Shown one piece after another: positions 38,765 through 52,347 of a DNA stretch of 64,000 nucleotides. Position 1 is the stretch's first letter. Each line of letters begins with the position of its first letter. The position numbers were made by a program, and so were the translations under genes. The DNA is from Callorhinchus milii. Lineage: Eukaryota. The stretch covers positions 93,374,001 to 93,438,000 of the forward strand of contig NW_024704743.1 in the NCBI RefSeq assembly GCF_018977255.1, in the 5' to 3' direction. The notes under the pieces were generated by a model, which was not told the DNA's origin, did no database searches, and saw only the letters and a program-made list of their open reading frames with translations.

Positions 38765-41700
38765 ACAACAACAACAACAAGATTCCATTAAAAGAGTGCC
38801 TTTTACGTTGGGAGGACGTCCCAAGGCGCTGGACAGTTGGGTCGGGATCCGAGCAGGGGGGAAATGGTCAGGGTGAGGGGAGTGAAGGGAGGGAGCAAGG
38901 AGGGGGTAAAGAGTTGAGAGGGGAGCTGAAGGCCCGGTTGAAGAGAAAGGTCTTGAGACCGGCCTTGAAGGAGGAAAGGGAGGAGGCAAGGCGAAGGCAC
39001 TGGGGGATAGAGTTCCAGAGCCTAGGGGCTGAGAGGTTAAAGGCCCGGCCACCGATGGTAGGGCGGTTAGGGCGGGGGATGTGGAGCAGACCGGAGCCAG
39101 AGGAACGGAGGGTATGGGCAGGTAAGTAGGGGGATAGTAGGTCGGAAAGGTAGGAGGGAGCAAGGCCGTGAATGTCCTTGTAGGTGAGGATGACGATCTT
39201 GAATTCGATCCTCTGAGGGATGGGGAGCCAGTGGAGGCGAGCAAGGGTGAGAGAGAGGGTGAGGGCGAGGGTGAGGGCGAAGGTGGGAGTGATGTGGTCG
39301 CGAAGCCTGGTGCGGGACATTACACAAGCTGCAGAGTTCTGAATGACCTGCAGCTTGTGGAGGGAGGTGCCAGGAAGGCCGACGAAGAGAGAGTTCCCAT
39401 AGTCCAGCCTTGAGGTGATAAAGGCGTGGACCAGAGTTTCAGCAGCGTGAGGGGTGAGGTAGTGCCGTAGTCTGGCGATGTTCCGGAGGTGATGGAAGGC
39501 GGTGCCAGTTGTGGCGCGGATGTGGGGAAGAAAGGACAGCTCAGGGTCGAACAGAATACCGAGGTTCCTGACTGGCTTTGAGAGGTGGAGAGTGCAGCCT
39601 TGGATGCTGATGCTGTCAGCGCCTGAGGTGCGGAGGCACTGACACGAGCCAATCAGGAGGGCCTCAGTTTTGCGCACGTTGAGCTGAAGAAAGTTGTCTC
39701 TCGTCCTGGACTCGTTGTCGGACAGGCAGACTGTCAAGACATCGGTGGTCATGGAGTTGAGGGTAGAAGAGGAAAGGTAGAGTTGGGTGTCATCCGCATA
39801 CATGTGGAAGTTAACCCCATGTCTGCGGATGATGTCACCAAGGGGGAGCATATAGAGGGTGAAGAGGAGGGGACCGAGGACAGAGCCCTGAGGGACACCA
39901 CACGAGACAATGCGGGGGCTGGAGGAAAAGCCGTTTGCAGAGACAAAATGAAGACAGTGGGAGAGATAGTACTTAAACCACTCAAGGACAGGGCCTTGAA
40001 GGTTGAGGTGGGAGGACAAGCGGTCGAGGAGGATAGAGTGGTCGACCGTATCGAATGCGGCTGATAGGTCGAGGAGGACGAGGAGGCAGAGGGAGCCCTG
40101 GTCGCAGATGGTCAGGATGTCATTAGTGACCTTGACCAGCGCAGTTTCTGTGCTATGGGCAGCACGGAAACCTGACTGGAGGGGTTCAAAAAGTGAGTGG
40201 GTGGAAATGAAAGAGCGCAGCTGGGAGGCGACGAGTCTTTCGAGAACCTTGGACAGGAAGGGAGGTTGGAGATGGGCCGGTAGCTTGATAGCTGCGACAC
40301 ATCAAGGGAGGGTTTTTTTCAAAGTGGGAGTGATGGTGGCAGTTTTGAGGGGAATGGGAACAGAGCCAGAGGAGAGGGACAGATTAATGGTGTCTGTGAG
40401 AAGTGGGGCAAGGAGGTGGAGCTGGGAGATAAGGAGTGGAGTGGGGATGGGGTCCAGGGAGCAGGTGGTGGGTTTCAAGGACAGGATGAGTTTGGTGATA
40501 GAGAGTGGGGAAACAGGTTCGAAGGTGTGTAGGGGAGGATGGGTAGGAGTCGAAGTGTGGGAGGGAAGGTGTGGGCGGTGGGTGGAAGTTGGAGGGGCAG
40601 TGACCGTGGAGTGGTTTCCCTTGATTTGGGATTCAAGGAAATCCAGCATCTCCTCGCAGTTAAGGTTGGAGGAGATGACCTGCGCGGGATGGCGGGGGGG
40701 ATGGAGGATTCGGGATGTGGTAGAGAACAGAAGCCTGGGGTTGGTCTTCGCCTCCAGGATTATCCTGGAGTAGAAGGATGACTTGGCCGAGGCTAGAGTG
40801 GAGCGGTAGGCTTTGAGGAGGTCCAGCCGATTTGCCGGTGGACCGTTAGGCCAGATTTGAGGCAGGTGCGTTCAGCGGCCCGCACCTGGCTCTTCAGTGA
40901 GCGGAGGTGGGTGGAGAACCAGGGGGAGGAGCGAGAGAAAGAGACAGTACGGGAAGTGTTGGGGGCAAGAGTGTCGAGTGTGGAGGAGAGGGTGTTGTGG
41001 AGGAGTGTGAGAGCAGAAGAGGGGTTAGTGAGGGATGAAGGCCAGAGGCAGAGGAGTTCACAGGACTCCAAGGCAGCGATTAGGGATTGTAGGGGTAACT
41101 TCTTCCAGGGCCGGTAGAAGATGGTGATGGGTCTGGTGGAGGTAGGGAGGGGGGTGGACGTGGTGAAGGAGATGAAGTGGTGATCGGAGACGGCCTTATC
41201 GGTAATGGTGACATCCGAGACACTGAGGCCCCGAGTGATCACCAAATCGAGTGGGCGTGAATATGAGTGGCGGAGTTGATGTGGAGGAGAGGTTGAGCGA
41301 GGAGAGGAGGGAGGAGAAGTCCGAGGAGATGGAGCAGGAGGGGGTGAAGTGCAGGTTGAAGTCGCTCAGGATGATGAGGCAATCAGAGCAGAGGCAGAGA
41401 GATGTTAGTAGGGTAGAAATATCGGAGATGAAGGTGGGAGAGGTTTTAGGGGGCCGGTAGAGGAGGAAGATTTTGAGTGAGAGATGGGATGGGTGGGAGA
41501 GGGTGAAGTGCTCAAAGGAGGGGAAAGAACCAGAGGAGCAGGGTGATAGGGAAACTGGTGTCCTTGAGATAAGGGCTACACCACCGCCATGGTGGTTGGG
41601 GCGAGGGATGTGATGGGAGGTGTAGCCGGGTCGTGTGGCTTCTGTGAGGAGGAAGGTGTCGCTTGGGGTGAGCCAGGTTTCAGTTAAGGCCATGATGTCA

Positions 41701-42131
41701 ACGCTCTCATCAAGGATGAGATCGTTGATGACCAGGGCCTTATTACAGAGGGAGCGGACTTTTTGTAGTCCGATGTGGAGGGAGCGGTTGACAGAAGGGT
41801 GTGTGGGGAGGGAGGGGTTTCCAGTTTGTGAGGCAGGGGTGGCGGGAATGGGGATGAGGGAGGAGAGGTTGGCTCCCCGGGTCTGTGTCCGAGGTGGCTG
41901 GCGAGTGTGGTGGGGAATGGGGTAGTCGGTGTGGCTGCTGCTGGACAGCCAACGCCAAGTTCCACGGTGAGCCCAACAGAGGACTCCCAGGCTGGAACAG
42001 AGGGAGGTTATGGGAGGGTCAAGTGGGGATAGAAGGCGAGGGGGACGGAGTGAGAGGAGGACAGAGCGGGAGAGATGCAGAGGGGGGAGGCTTTGTGGGG
42101 AGGGAGGGAGGAGGTGAGGGGACTCGGGTCA
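38765..42131 (-). mobile_element. Near full-length decayed L2 family A copy inserted in a CR1 3' remnant
   Basis: Minus-strand ORF pieces 41196-41693 (MALTETWL), 40793-41245, 40302-40649 and 38868-40019 (YADD) are collinear with the 55117 ORF but frameshifted. (CAA)n tail at 38765; truncated just after the ORF start. Confidence 0.93.
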
Positions 42132-42339
42132 GGGGTATGGAGACAAGACAGGGAAGTAGGATTGAATGATCACCTTTCGCTGAGAAGCTGTAAATTTCTG
42201 TGATTGTAAAAGTCATAATCCATGAGCTGAATGTCCAATATTTCAGGACTGGCTTCAAAACCATTGGGAAAAGTATAGGAAGTGGGGAGGGGGAGAAGTG
42301 GCGGTTCCTCCCAAATATCTGCGTACATATTTGGGACAT

Positions 42340-43376
42340 CTCAGAAAATGGTTTCTCTTCTCTTCCCGCCCCCGCCCAGTCACCTGCAGGGCTCCATTCT
42401 TGGCTCCCTTCTTTTCCTCATCTAAATGCTCCCTCTTGGTGATGTCATCTGCAGAAATGGGGTAAACTTTCACCTGTATGAGGATAACATACAAATCTAC
42501 TTGCCTCTTCCAACAACGACTCCAAGTCCACTGATGTTCAATCAGCTTGTCTGGCAGATATCATGGCCTGGATGAGTGCAAACGTCCTGCAACTGAATGT
42601 GGACAAGATGGAAGCCATGTCTTCACTCCTGTGGATCTAAACTCCTCAACCTCCCTGGGCTCTCGCTCAGACTCACCAAACCAGTGCAGTCTAGGTGTCT
42701 GGTTTGACCCCAAGCGGTCCTTCCTCCCCACGTTCGGTCCTTGACCAGGACCACCTTCTTCCACCTCCACGACATTGCCCCCCTCTGACCGTACCTTACC
42801 CCAAATGCAGCTGAAACTCTCATGCTTGCGTTTGTTACCTCCTGCCTGGATTACTCAAACGCACTCCTCGCTGGTCTCCACAGCTCCACTATTCAAAAAA
42901 TCCAGCTTATTCAGAACGCTTTTGCCCCCATCTCACCAGTTCTGGCCAGGCTGCACTGGCTCCCCATCACCGAACGGATTGACTACAAGATCCTCATGCT
43001 CGTGTTCAAATCCATTCGCTCCCTGGCACCTTCATACCTCTCTGACCTCCTCACTCCCCAATCCACCTGTCGGCACCTCCACTCGACTGGCACTGGCCTC
43101 CTACTCTCCCTCGACCCTCCGCTCCACCATTGGAGGTTGCACTTTCAGCCACTACGCCCCTAAACTGTGGAACACTCTCCCTCAATCCCTCCGCCTTTCA
43201 CCCCCATTGCCGCCAAGGTCCCACCTGAAAACCTTCTTCTTCGACCATGAAAACCTGAAAACCTTCTTCTTCTTCCCCCCCACCCCCGGCTCGGTATCAG
43301 GCTCTACCATTGTTAAGTGCTCCGAGACGCCACCCTGCATGGAGGGTGCTATATAAGTGCAAGTGGTTGTTGTTGT
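42340..43376 (+). mobile_element. Older L2 family B copy, 5'-truncated and decayed
   Basis: AFVTSCLDYSNALLAGL...[18 protein letters not shown]; family B tail. Confidence 0.85.
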
Positions 43377-43687
43377 ACATTCCATGCACTAAATATCAGA
43401 TATCATTAAATTGCCAATAAAATATACAGTCAATTCACTTTACAGGATATTCTGTGAAGCGCTTCAAGACGTCTCAAAGATGTAATAAGGCACTATATCA
43501 AATGCAATTATTATTATAAATTGCCCACAAAGCCAAATATGGAATATAGGGATATAGGTAAGGGGAGCACTAAGGGTGGAAGTTAATGGGGTATATAAAA
43601 ATTGGCAGACTAGTTTCCATGCCATATCAATCGATGTAACTTTTTTGTAGCCTGAAAGCCTGACTGGCTGAGCCCACATGTGAACAT

Positions 43688-44086
43688 ACAACAACAACAA
43701 CAACAAGATTCCATTTATAAAGCGCCTTTCACGTCAGGAGGACGTCCCAAGGCACTGCACAGTTGGATCATGACCCGAGCAGGGGGGAAATGGTCAGGGT
43801 GAGGGGAGGGAAGGGAGGGAGCGAGGAGGGGGGAAATGGTCAGGATGAGGGGAGGGAAGGGAGGGAGCGAGGAGGGGGAAGAGAGTCAAGAGGGGAGCTG
43901 AAGGCTCGGTCAAAGAGAAAGGTTTTGAGACCGGCCTTGAAGGAGGAGAGGGAGGAAGCAAGGCGAAGGCACTGGGGGATAGAGTTCCAGAGCCTAGGGG
44001 CTGAGAGGCTGAAGGCCCGACCACCGATGGTAGGGCGATTGGGGCGGGGGACGTGGAGCAGACCGGAGCCGGAGGAACGGAGGGTA
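43688..44086 (-). mobile_element. L2 family A 3' fragment (46-nt duplication subfamily)
   Basis: [10 protein letters not shown]...; duplicated 3' unit; hairpin; (CAA)n. Confidence 0.9.
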
Positions 44087-44814
44087 GTCACTCAGGTGAG
44101 GTATGAAACACCTGCGAGATCCAGTGAGACTGTAATTCAGGACTTTTGGGAGAGGAAACAAGCTATCAAAGGAAACAACTCTAAATCATACTGCAGTTGT
44201 TCTTCAACATCTCAACTGAATCAAAATTCAGTTAGAAATAACATCCAGGTAATCCACATAAATCTCAAAAGATGAAACTCCACATGATATTTTATTGGTT
44301 TATTTATTTAATGAGATGAACAAGCAAGGCAGTTTTATAATTGAAATCGATATACAGGCAGAAATGGAATATTAAACCGGTCTAAAGCAATTGGTCTCTT
44401 AAGCATTTTCACATAAACTTAATTTAATGGGCAAATTAAGCTACCCGAAGGCTCCTACACAATGAATTGTGAAGAGAAGTAATGAAAATAATAAAAAATT
44501 TCTAACACTTGATTAATTTCTTCAAAAAAAGGGTTGAACTGAGACCAATGCTAGAGCCTCATAGGGTTAGGTTACAGAGTGAGTTGTGACAATACATCAC
44601 AGCATACAATAGTTCCTATGAGGTTGGATTAAAGAAGAGGTAGGAGGCGAATATGCTGTCTGTGGAAAGAAGGAGTGCAAGCTGTAATAAACAATAGTGA
44701 AGATGTGGGGATGAATGCAAATTCCAATTAATTACCTGTGGGCATGAGGGATTATTTATACATGAAAGGAGATAGTGAGTGGGATGGAATTACGAATGGG
44801 TGGGTTGCATGTGT

Positions 44815-45165
44815 TAATAATCCTTGCATTTGATATACTGCCTTATCATGTTGTTAAGACCTATCAATGAACTGCAAAGGATGTACTGTGCATTTGTAGG
44901 CAAACACAGCCTCCAATTTGCACAGAGTAGTATCCCACAAACATTTTGACGATTTTTATCTGGGGTATTGGTGGCTAGGAATTTATTTTTGAATTGTGCT
45001 ACGAGATCTTTAGGGTCCACCTGAATAAGCAGATCGTATTTCAATTTAATGGTTCATACAAAGGATGCACCTCTGATATTGCAGTGTACCCTCAGCATTA
45101 GCCTCACTGTCCCAACCTCTGACTCAAAAGCGAGATAAGTTACTAAGTGAACCAGGTTAACACCA
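44815..45165 (-). mobile_element. Old DeuSINE-like element
   Basis: Degenerate Deu motifs and (TTA) tail on the minus strand. Confidence 0.6.
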
Positions 45166-46245
45166 CTGTCAGAAGATCTTCTCTGAAGGCAAAGGGCTAG
45201 ATGGACTGAAATAATTATTTTTCATTCCATCCTTTCTTATGTTTTTATATCATCTGAAGTATTTGAAGTTATCTCTCCCAAAGAATGATTTAAAATTTGG
45301 TCAAAGTGTAGTAGGAAAGTTGTGGGGAAATATCCCTTTGGCATAATAGTACAATTACAATTTTAAACTCTGGTATATATTGGACGACAGCACTGAAAGA
45401 TGACATTCGGCCCAACTAGACCATATCAGCGTTGATAGGCAACATGAGCCTCTTCACTCATCCCTAGACTCCCCTTTCCTCCCATGTCCACATCAAGTTT
45501 CCTCTTAAATACATTGATGAATATGGAATGTTCTGCTACAAACAATTGCTGAGGTAGAGTAGATATTATGTTTTCACGTTGCAAATTGGTTTTCAACAGG
45601 ATAGAACAGGAAACTAACTGAATTAAGTTGGTTTCCTCGATTCCTGCAGTAAACATCTGCCACTGGGAAGAAGATTGGAGCAGGACCATCAAAGGCAGTC
45701 ATTGGTCTTTTGAAATCTAAGAAACGTAGGTTAGATAGCAGGTACTAGGAATGTCATGTGAGCCTCTTGAAGAGCAGCATAACTCAGCATAAAATATTTG
45801 CCACTATCCTCCTGCCCACAGCTCAAACACACAATCCTACCCATTGAACAATGGATCCACCATTTCAAAGTGTGGAACTTCAGCAGTAAATGCTTGCCTC
45901 TCCACACACCAATCAAGATAAATACTGAGCCCTGGCTATATGACTATATTCACAAACCTGAACTCAAGGTAACTCCTACCAGCAGCTGTTGTCCAAGCCT
46001 CAGAGTTTCCGCATCAGTTATTAAATGGATATCTGCCTTAAGCGGGGTGGGAGACTTTTGCAGGATAGGTTATGCCATGCCAATTTGATATTCTAGTGGT
46101 GCAAGTTAAATGCCACACATCAGGTTTACTCAACCCTAGTGTTTCATCCAGCTTGTCATGTGAAAGTTCTTGGCGAATAATTGTACCTGGCTGTAAAGCT
46201 GATTCCATCTCCAGGGTGCTAAGTGTCAGGTCAGTGTATGCCCTC

Positions 46246-47796
46246 ATTTTAGTCCCCTCCACCGCCTTTCCTCCGTCATCCACCTCAGTGGGACCGCACT
46301 CGCCTGGTTCGAGTTCTATCTCACAAACCGCCAGCAGTACACCTGCACGGCTTCTCCTCTCACTCTCACCCGGTCACCTGCAGAGAACCCCAAGGATCCA
46401 TCCTTGGCCCCCTCCTCTTTCTGATCTACATGCTCCCTCTTGGGGATGTCATCCACAGACATGGGGTACACTTCCACAGGTATGCGGATGACACCCAACT
46501 CTACTTTTCCACCTCACTTTGCGACCCCCAGTCCCCTGATGTTCTATCAGCCTGCCTGTCAGATCTCAGGAGCTGGATAAGCGCGAATTTCCTTCAGCTG
46601 AATGTTGATAAGACGGAAGCTATACTCTTTGGCTCTCGTCAACATCTAAAATCACATGGTTCTCACCTCCTCCACCTACCTGACCTTCCACTAAAACTCT
46701 CCGAACGAATATGCAACCTAGGCATCAGGTTCGACCCCCAATTATCTTTCCTCCCCCACATCTGGTCCCTCACCAGCACCGCCTTCTTCCACCTCCGTCG
46801 CATCGCCCGTTTCCGCCAATACCTCACTCCAAAAGCCGCTGAAACCCTGGTCTATGCCTTTGTCACCTCTTAGCTGGATTATTCAAATGCCCTCCTTGCC
46901 GGTCTCTCCTCCAACAACAACAACAAGATTCCATTTATAGAGCGCCTTTCACGTCGGGAGGACGTCCCAAGGTGCTGTACAGTTGGGTCAGGACCCGAGC
47001 AGGGGTAAATGGTCAGGGTGAGGGGAGGGAAGGGAGGGGGCGAGGAGGGGGTAGAGAGTTGAGAGGGGAGCTGAAGGCACGGTCAAAGAGAAAGGTCTTG
47101 AGACCTTTGAAGGAGGTCAATTTAACTCCTTGAAGGAGGAAAGGGAGGAAGCAAGGCGAAGGTACTGGGGGATAGAGTTCCAGAGCCTAGGGGCTGAGAG
47201 GCTGAAGGCCCGGCCACCGATAGTCGGCCAGTTGGGGCGGGGGATGTGGAGCAGACCGGAGCCACTACCATTACCATCTACTACCAGTCACAAAATCCAG
47301 GTCATACCAAACTCTGCTATCCACATTCTTACCCGCACCAAACTCCTCTCCCCAATTACCCCAGTCCTTGCCAGACTGCACTGGCTGCCTGTCCCACAGA
47401 GGATCAATTTCAAGATCCTCACCCTGTCTTCAAATCCCTCCACTCCTCTGCACCCCCCTATCTCTCTGACCTCCTCTCTCCTGACAACAGTGCCCGTTGC
47501 CTTCGCTCCACCCGGTCTGGCCTCCTCCTTGTCCCCCGAATTCTCCGCTCCACCGTCGGTGGTCGTGCCTTCAGCCACTATGCCCCGAGACTCTGGAACT
47601 CCTTTTCTCACTCCCTTCGTCTCGCCCTCTCTCTTCCTATTTTCAGGTCTCGGCTGAAGACCTTTCTTTTCAACCGCGCCTTCGGCCACCTTCCTACCCC
47701 TCCCACTGGCTCAGCCCCGGGATCCGTTACTGTGAAGCACTCTGAGATGCCGTCCAGCATGGAGAGCACTATATAAATCCAAGTTGTTGTTGTTGT
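46246..47796 (+). mobile_element. Older L2 family B copy (RT C-terminal half), interrupted at 46913-47264
   Basis: [25 protein letters not shown]; distinct tail AGCACTCTGAGATGCCGTCCAGCATGGAGAGCACTATATAAATCCAAG(TTG)n. Confidence 0.88.
46913..47264 (-). mobile_element. L2 family A 3' fragment nested inside an L2 family B copy
   Basis: (CAA)n tail and hairpin at left. Host L2-B sequence resumes at about 47264, where it was interrupted at about 46913. Confidence 0.88.
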
Positions 47797-47921
47797 TCCC
47801 CTTTGTAATACAAATCCACCTCATAGCTTGGTCCTCAGTTTCTCAAACAGGTTTCACCCTCCTCTTGATGCCCATGTGCTTGGAACTATAAGAAGAACTT
47901 GGACATAAATCCACCTGGACA

Positions 47922-48257
47922 GTGGAGTCCTGTAGCTCAGTGGTTAGAGCACTCGCTTTGCAAGCGAGAGACCTGAGTTCAATTCCAGGCAGGGCGAAAC
48001 CTTGGGCAAGTTTCCTTACTCCACACGCCTAATAATAATCCCTCCAAAAAAAAAAACCAAAAAAAACAATAATAAATTGGTCATTTTCAATCTACGACTG
48101 TTTGTGGGACATTGCTGTGCGCAATTGGCTGCCGCGTTCGCCCACAAATATACAGTCAATTCACTTTACAGTGTGTTCTGTGAAGCGCTTTGGGACGTCC
48201 TCCCGACGTGAAAAACGCTATATCAAATGCAAGGATTATTATATTATTATTATTATA
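47922..48257 (+). mobile_element. Young SINE subfamily C
   Basis: Near-identical to the 22095 copy; variable A-rich linker. Confidence 0.92.
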
Positions 48258-48382
48258 AATCTTACATACCATGAGCTGACCTGCGTTGAGACCTTGCTGA
48301 TATTCGAAGAGAGACAATAATGGTCAGTGTCCTTCCAATAAATATCTCTGGAATCTCCATGTGTAGCTGGGATGCATGGAAC

Positions 48383-48652
48383 TCTGAAAACAAAAATAGA
48401 AGTTGCTGGCAACACTCCACAAGTCAGGCAACATCTATGGAGAAAGGAAAGTTAGTCAACGTTTTGGGTCCATAACCCTTTGTTAGAACAGACTAAGTAA
48501 TCTGTGCATCTATTTATAGACGCGTTCTGACGAAGGGTCGTGGACCCGAACCATTGACTCACTTTCTTTCCTCCATAGATGCTGCCTGACCTGCTGAGTG
48601 TTCCCAGCGACTTCTGTTTTTGTTTTCAGATTTCCAGCATCTGTAGTATTTT
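48383..48652. mobile_element. Inverted pair of Penelope-like terminal repeats
   Basis: Arms 48383-48489 and 48524-48630 are imperfect reverse complements with a 34-nt spacer. Motif CTGACGAAGGGTC..GACCCGAA..AGATGCTGCCTGACCTGCTGAGT resembles shark Penelope-type termini (recalled). Confidence 0.7.
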
Positions 48653-50345
48653 GTGTTTTGTTTTATACATGGAACTCTATTTGGTTTGGATTTCATTAAG
48701 TATAGTGACTGGTTCCTGGATGATTCAGACAGCTGACCAAAAAAAAAGCCTGACTCAATGTGTCCCAGACCTGTGTAAAAGGAAAAGAGAGTGGGACATA
48801 CTAGAGGTACCAGTCTATTGATTCTTAGTGAGGTTAGGATTGAGGTCAAGATGAGGTTTGGCTGCAATGCTGCTGTGTTGCCTGTCACTGTCAATGATCA
48901 CATTTGAATAAACACTACTTGAGTGATACCATGGGGCAATAGCACCGAGGTATTTATCCTAGTATAATGATGGAATAGTCAAATGTCTCAGGAGAGACAT
49001 AGACTGGATTATAGAAAGTTCAGCATAAAAGAAGGCCATTCAGTCAATCATGTCTAAACTATTAGCTCCCTTTAGGAGCTATGGGCTCTAATTCCTTTTC
49101 CTATGCTTATTATTTCCCAAATCCTTTTGCATCTTCATCCTCAAAGCGTCAGATTCTCTTTTCAATGACATAATTAAATCAATTTGAATAACTAGTCATT
49201 CCTTTCCTTCTGTCTACAGCCTATCATTGGAACACAACCAGATATTCATTCATCACCAAATCATAGATATTAAGACTTCTTTGAACTTTCCTTGCATAAA
49301 GCCACTGTTTGCATAAAATGTAATAATAGATGCAAAGTATAATTTTTTGCTTAGGTGTGTGGGATTAATGTTCCTTTATATATGCAAAATTACAACCTTT
49401 ATCTGTTATGCTGGTTTGAATTAAGGTCTATTTATATAAGAGGTCTTGTTGGTCTTCATCTTTTGGTAGATAGATGAGGCTTTCTTCCCCTGACTAGAAT
49501 ACAGTTGAGGTACGTCTTGGTTTTGATAATTTGCCATCCATCCTTGCAGGGTCAGGGAATGATCCAATTGTTTAAGGCCCAAGCAAGTCCCCAAGTATGT
49601 TGGGAATGATAACGAAGTTCTACTTGCATGATCCATCACCTCTCTAAATTACTTCTGGTTATTGCTCCAATAGGAAATAATTGTTCCCTCTACTCCCGGT
49701 TGATCTCCTGGAGCTACTTGAATATAGCAATCCAGATGAAGCTCTTGCACAAATTATGGATGCTTGAAGGTGACCTTCCCTCCCCTGGAAATGGGGATGA
49801 TGAATGGAATGCCATGAAAATATAAATAGATGCACAGGTTACTCAATCACATCAACCAAAAGGCACAGAAATACATTCAGCATGAGACTCAACTCAATGT
49901 AGAAATGGTGTATAAATAAGGCATTTGGTATTGTAATTATCAACAACAACAACTTATATAGAGCCCCTGTCATGCTGGATGGCATCTCGAATCGCTTATC
50001 AACTATGATCTCACAACATTTTTTGATGATGTGATAATTAACATCATTGATAATTATCATGTTACATTTTCACACCCATATATTTGAGTGCTTTGTCTTA
50101 ACACATCTTGGGATGGTACCACATGGGGTCTATCACACTCAATTTAACACCAGTGATATTTTTGGAATGGGATTTTGCATTACAAACATGGAGCAAATAG
50201 ATTGCTATTTTTCGCAGTCTGTGATATATAATTTGCCTATATAACTTGCAACATTATTTTTAATCAAGATTTATTTTATAAGCAATTCCAGGCTTTAAAA
50301 ATCTATCCCTTTCTCAACATGAAATGTGCTATATAAAAGTAAATT

Positions 50346-50694
50346 AATAATAATAATCCTTGCATTTGATAGAGCGCCTTATCACATCTTTAAGACGTCT
50401 CAAAACTCTTCACAGAATAAACTGTAAAGTGAATTGACTGAATATATTTGTGGGTAAAAAGCAGCAGCCAAAACAGTAGCCAATTGTGCACAGCAGTGTC
50501 CCACAAACAGTCGTGGATTGTTTTTGTGGATTTTTTGAAGAGATTATTACCCCCGGAAAAGCGATCTGCCAATTGACTTGGGTTCCTTCTAACTGCTAGG
50601 CAGTGGAGTAAGGAAGCTTGTCAAAAATTTTGCCCTGCCCGGATCTTCTCACTTGCGAGGCAAAAGCTCTAACCACTAAGCTACACGATTCCAC
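50346..50694 (-). mobile_element. SINE subfamily B with small deletions
   Basis: Collinear with the 22926 copy. Confidence 0.85.
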
Positions 50695-51289
50695 AATAAA
50701 CAAGGGATGCAATTGCTTCCATTGGCAGCTCTCTGATGTGTAATTTCATAAAGGAAGACTGTCGTGTCTAGTCTGATTTGTGCCAATTGCAAGGAAAAGC
50801 TTTGCATCTCAGTCCAAGGCCAGCGACCTTAACCCCAGCAATGTTAGCAAGCCAGTATGAAGCAATAGAGTTCATCTATTGTGATTTGGCATATGCTAAC
50901 CACCACACTGTCCTTTATTTAAAAATGAAGATGGCACCAAGTGCATGTGTCAGAGCTTTGTTTTTTTTAAACATTTAACAACAAATTAGATTTGTCTGTG
51001 AGTAAGTTAGTGTGCATCTGCTTTAGCTCACAGTTTTGTCCACAGATTCTCCTTTTCAAAGTAAAAGATGTAAATCAATAAGTGACGAAGTTCTCGTCGC
51101 GATTGATCCACTTCATGCTTTTTTGTGGTGGTGGTGAGTGGGGGTGAGGAGGAAAGGATGGGTTCAGTGGAGATGGGGAGGGGGGCCACAATACAGGGGC
51201 AGCAGTCAGTTTGTAACAGTTGACGTAGAGACCACAGTCCTGAAATCTCACTTGGTCTAGGCTTGTAAAATAATTTTGTCTTCTTTTTT

Positions 51290-51790
51290 GGCCAGTCGAG
51301 TATCTGACACATGCAGCGATCCACCACCATTCTTAAGACAGGAAGTTTCATGTATGCTTACCAGCTATACATGGAAATGTCCTTGTGTCTGGAATGGAAT
51401 ATGCACACTGAAGTGTATTTGATGCAGGTTGATAAAAATCAAGGTGTGCTGTCCTGAGACTGTATTTGGGTACTGCTGGAGTTTCACCACCTAAATCTGC
51501 AATTCTTACCAGAGAGAACGCTATTTGGCAAGCTTCCCACTGCTCAGCTCAGACTATTTTACCCATTGGGGATTTGGCTTGCAGGATTAACAGGGGCTGA
51601 GTGAAAAGAATCCCGGCTCCCAGTGATTGGTCTCCCATTCCAGGCTGGCTGGTCTATCAACAACAACAAGATTACATTTGTATAGTGCCTTTCACGTTGA
51701 GAGGACATCCATCATCAACAATGCCTTTGAATGCTATAAACCCGCCTGGCTCAGGAACCAAATGACCTACACCATCACAGAGGATCTATT
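51290..51790 (+). repeat. Unclassified interspersed repeat copy with an L2 tail inserted at about 51658-51710
   Basis: Collinear motifs with the 63120 copy. Confidence 0.72.
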
Positions 51791-52347
51791 TAATTCTAAC
51801 ATTTATCTTCTAAATTAAGACTGACTTTAAAATTTTCCGCAATCCTGCATGATATTAAATTTTAACACAAATTTTTGTTACAGAGTACGATTAGGTGGAG
51901 TTTCAGGTCTATGAGTGGGCAGTGTGCTCTCTAAATACATATGGATTTGTAATGCACAATATTCTATTTTCCTTCTATTTAAAATATTCTTATTTTCAGA
52001 CCTTTTTGAATATATAACTTACCAATCCACCCAAGAGCAATGCCAGATGACTTGCTCATTTGTTCTTGATCCAGTCAAATGCATGAGAGCAGGATACGAT
52101 TAAACAGCTAGCAATTCATCATTCTCCCCTCTGGATGTGTAGAACTACAAAACGCTACACGACCAGTCCCAAGGTGTTGCTGCAACAATATAAGACTGTG
52201 GGGGGTACAAAATCTATTGTAGCAAAATGCTGCCTAGTTTCTGGTAAAATGTTATGCAATATAAACTACATTTTCTGCACTGAAAGCCTAGTACATCAAG
52301 TGTGATTCCAGCTCAACCCACCATCACCACAGAACCAAGATCTCATG

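Noticed and set aside
48102..48320. Recurrent small ORF MWDIAVRNWLPR...
   Set aside because: It is the SINE 3' half read from a GTG; it recurs because the SINE does.
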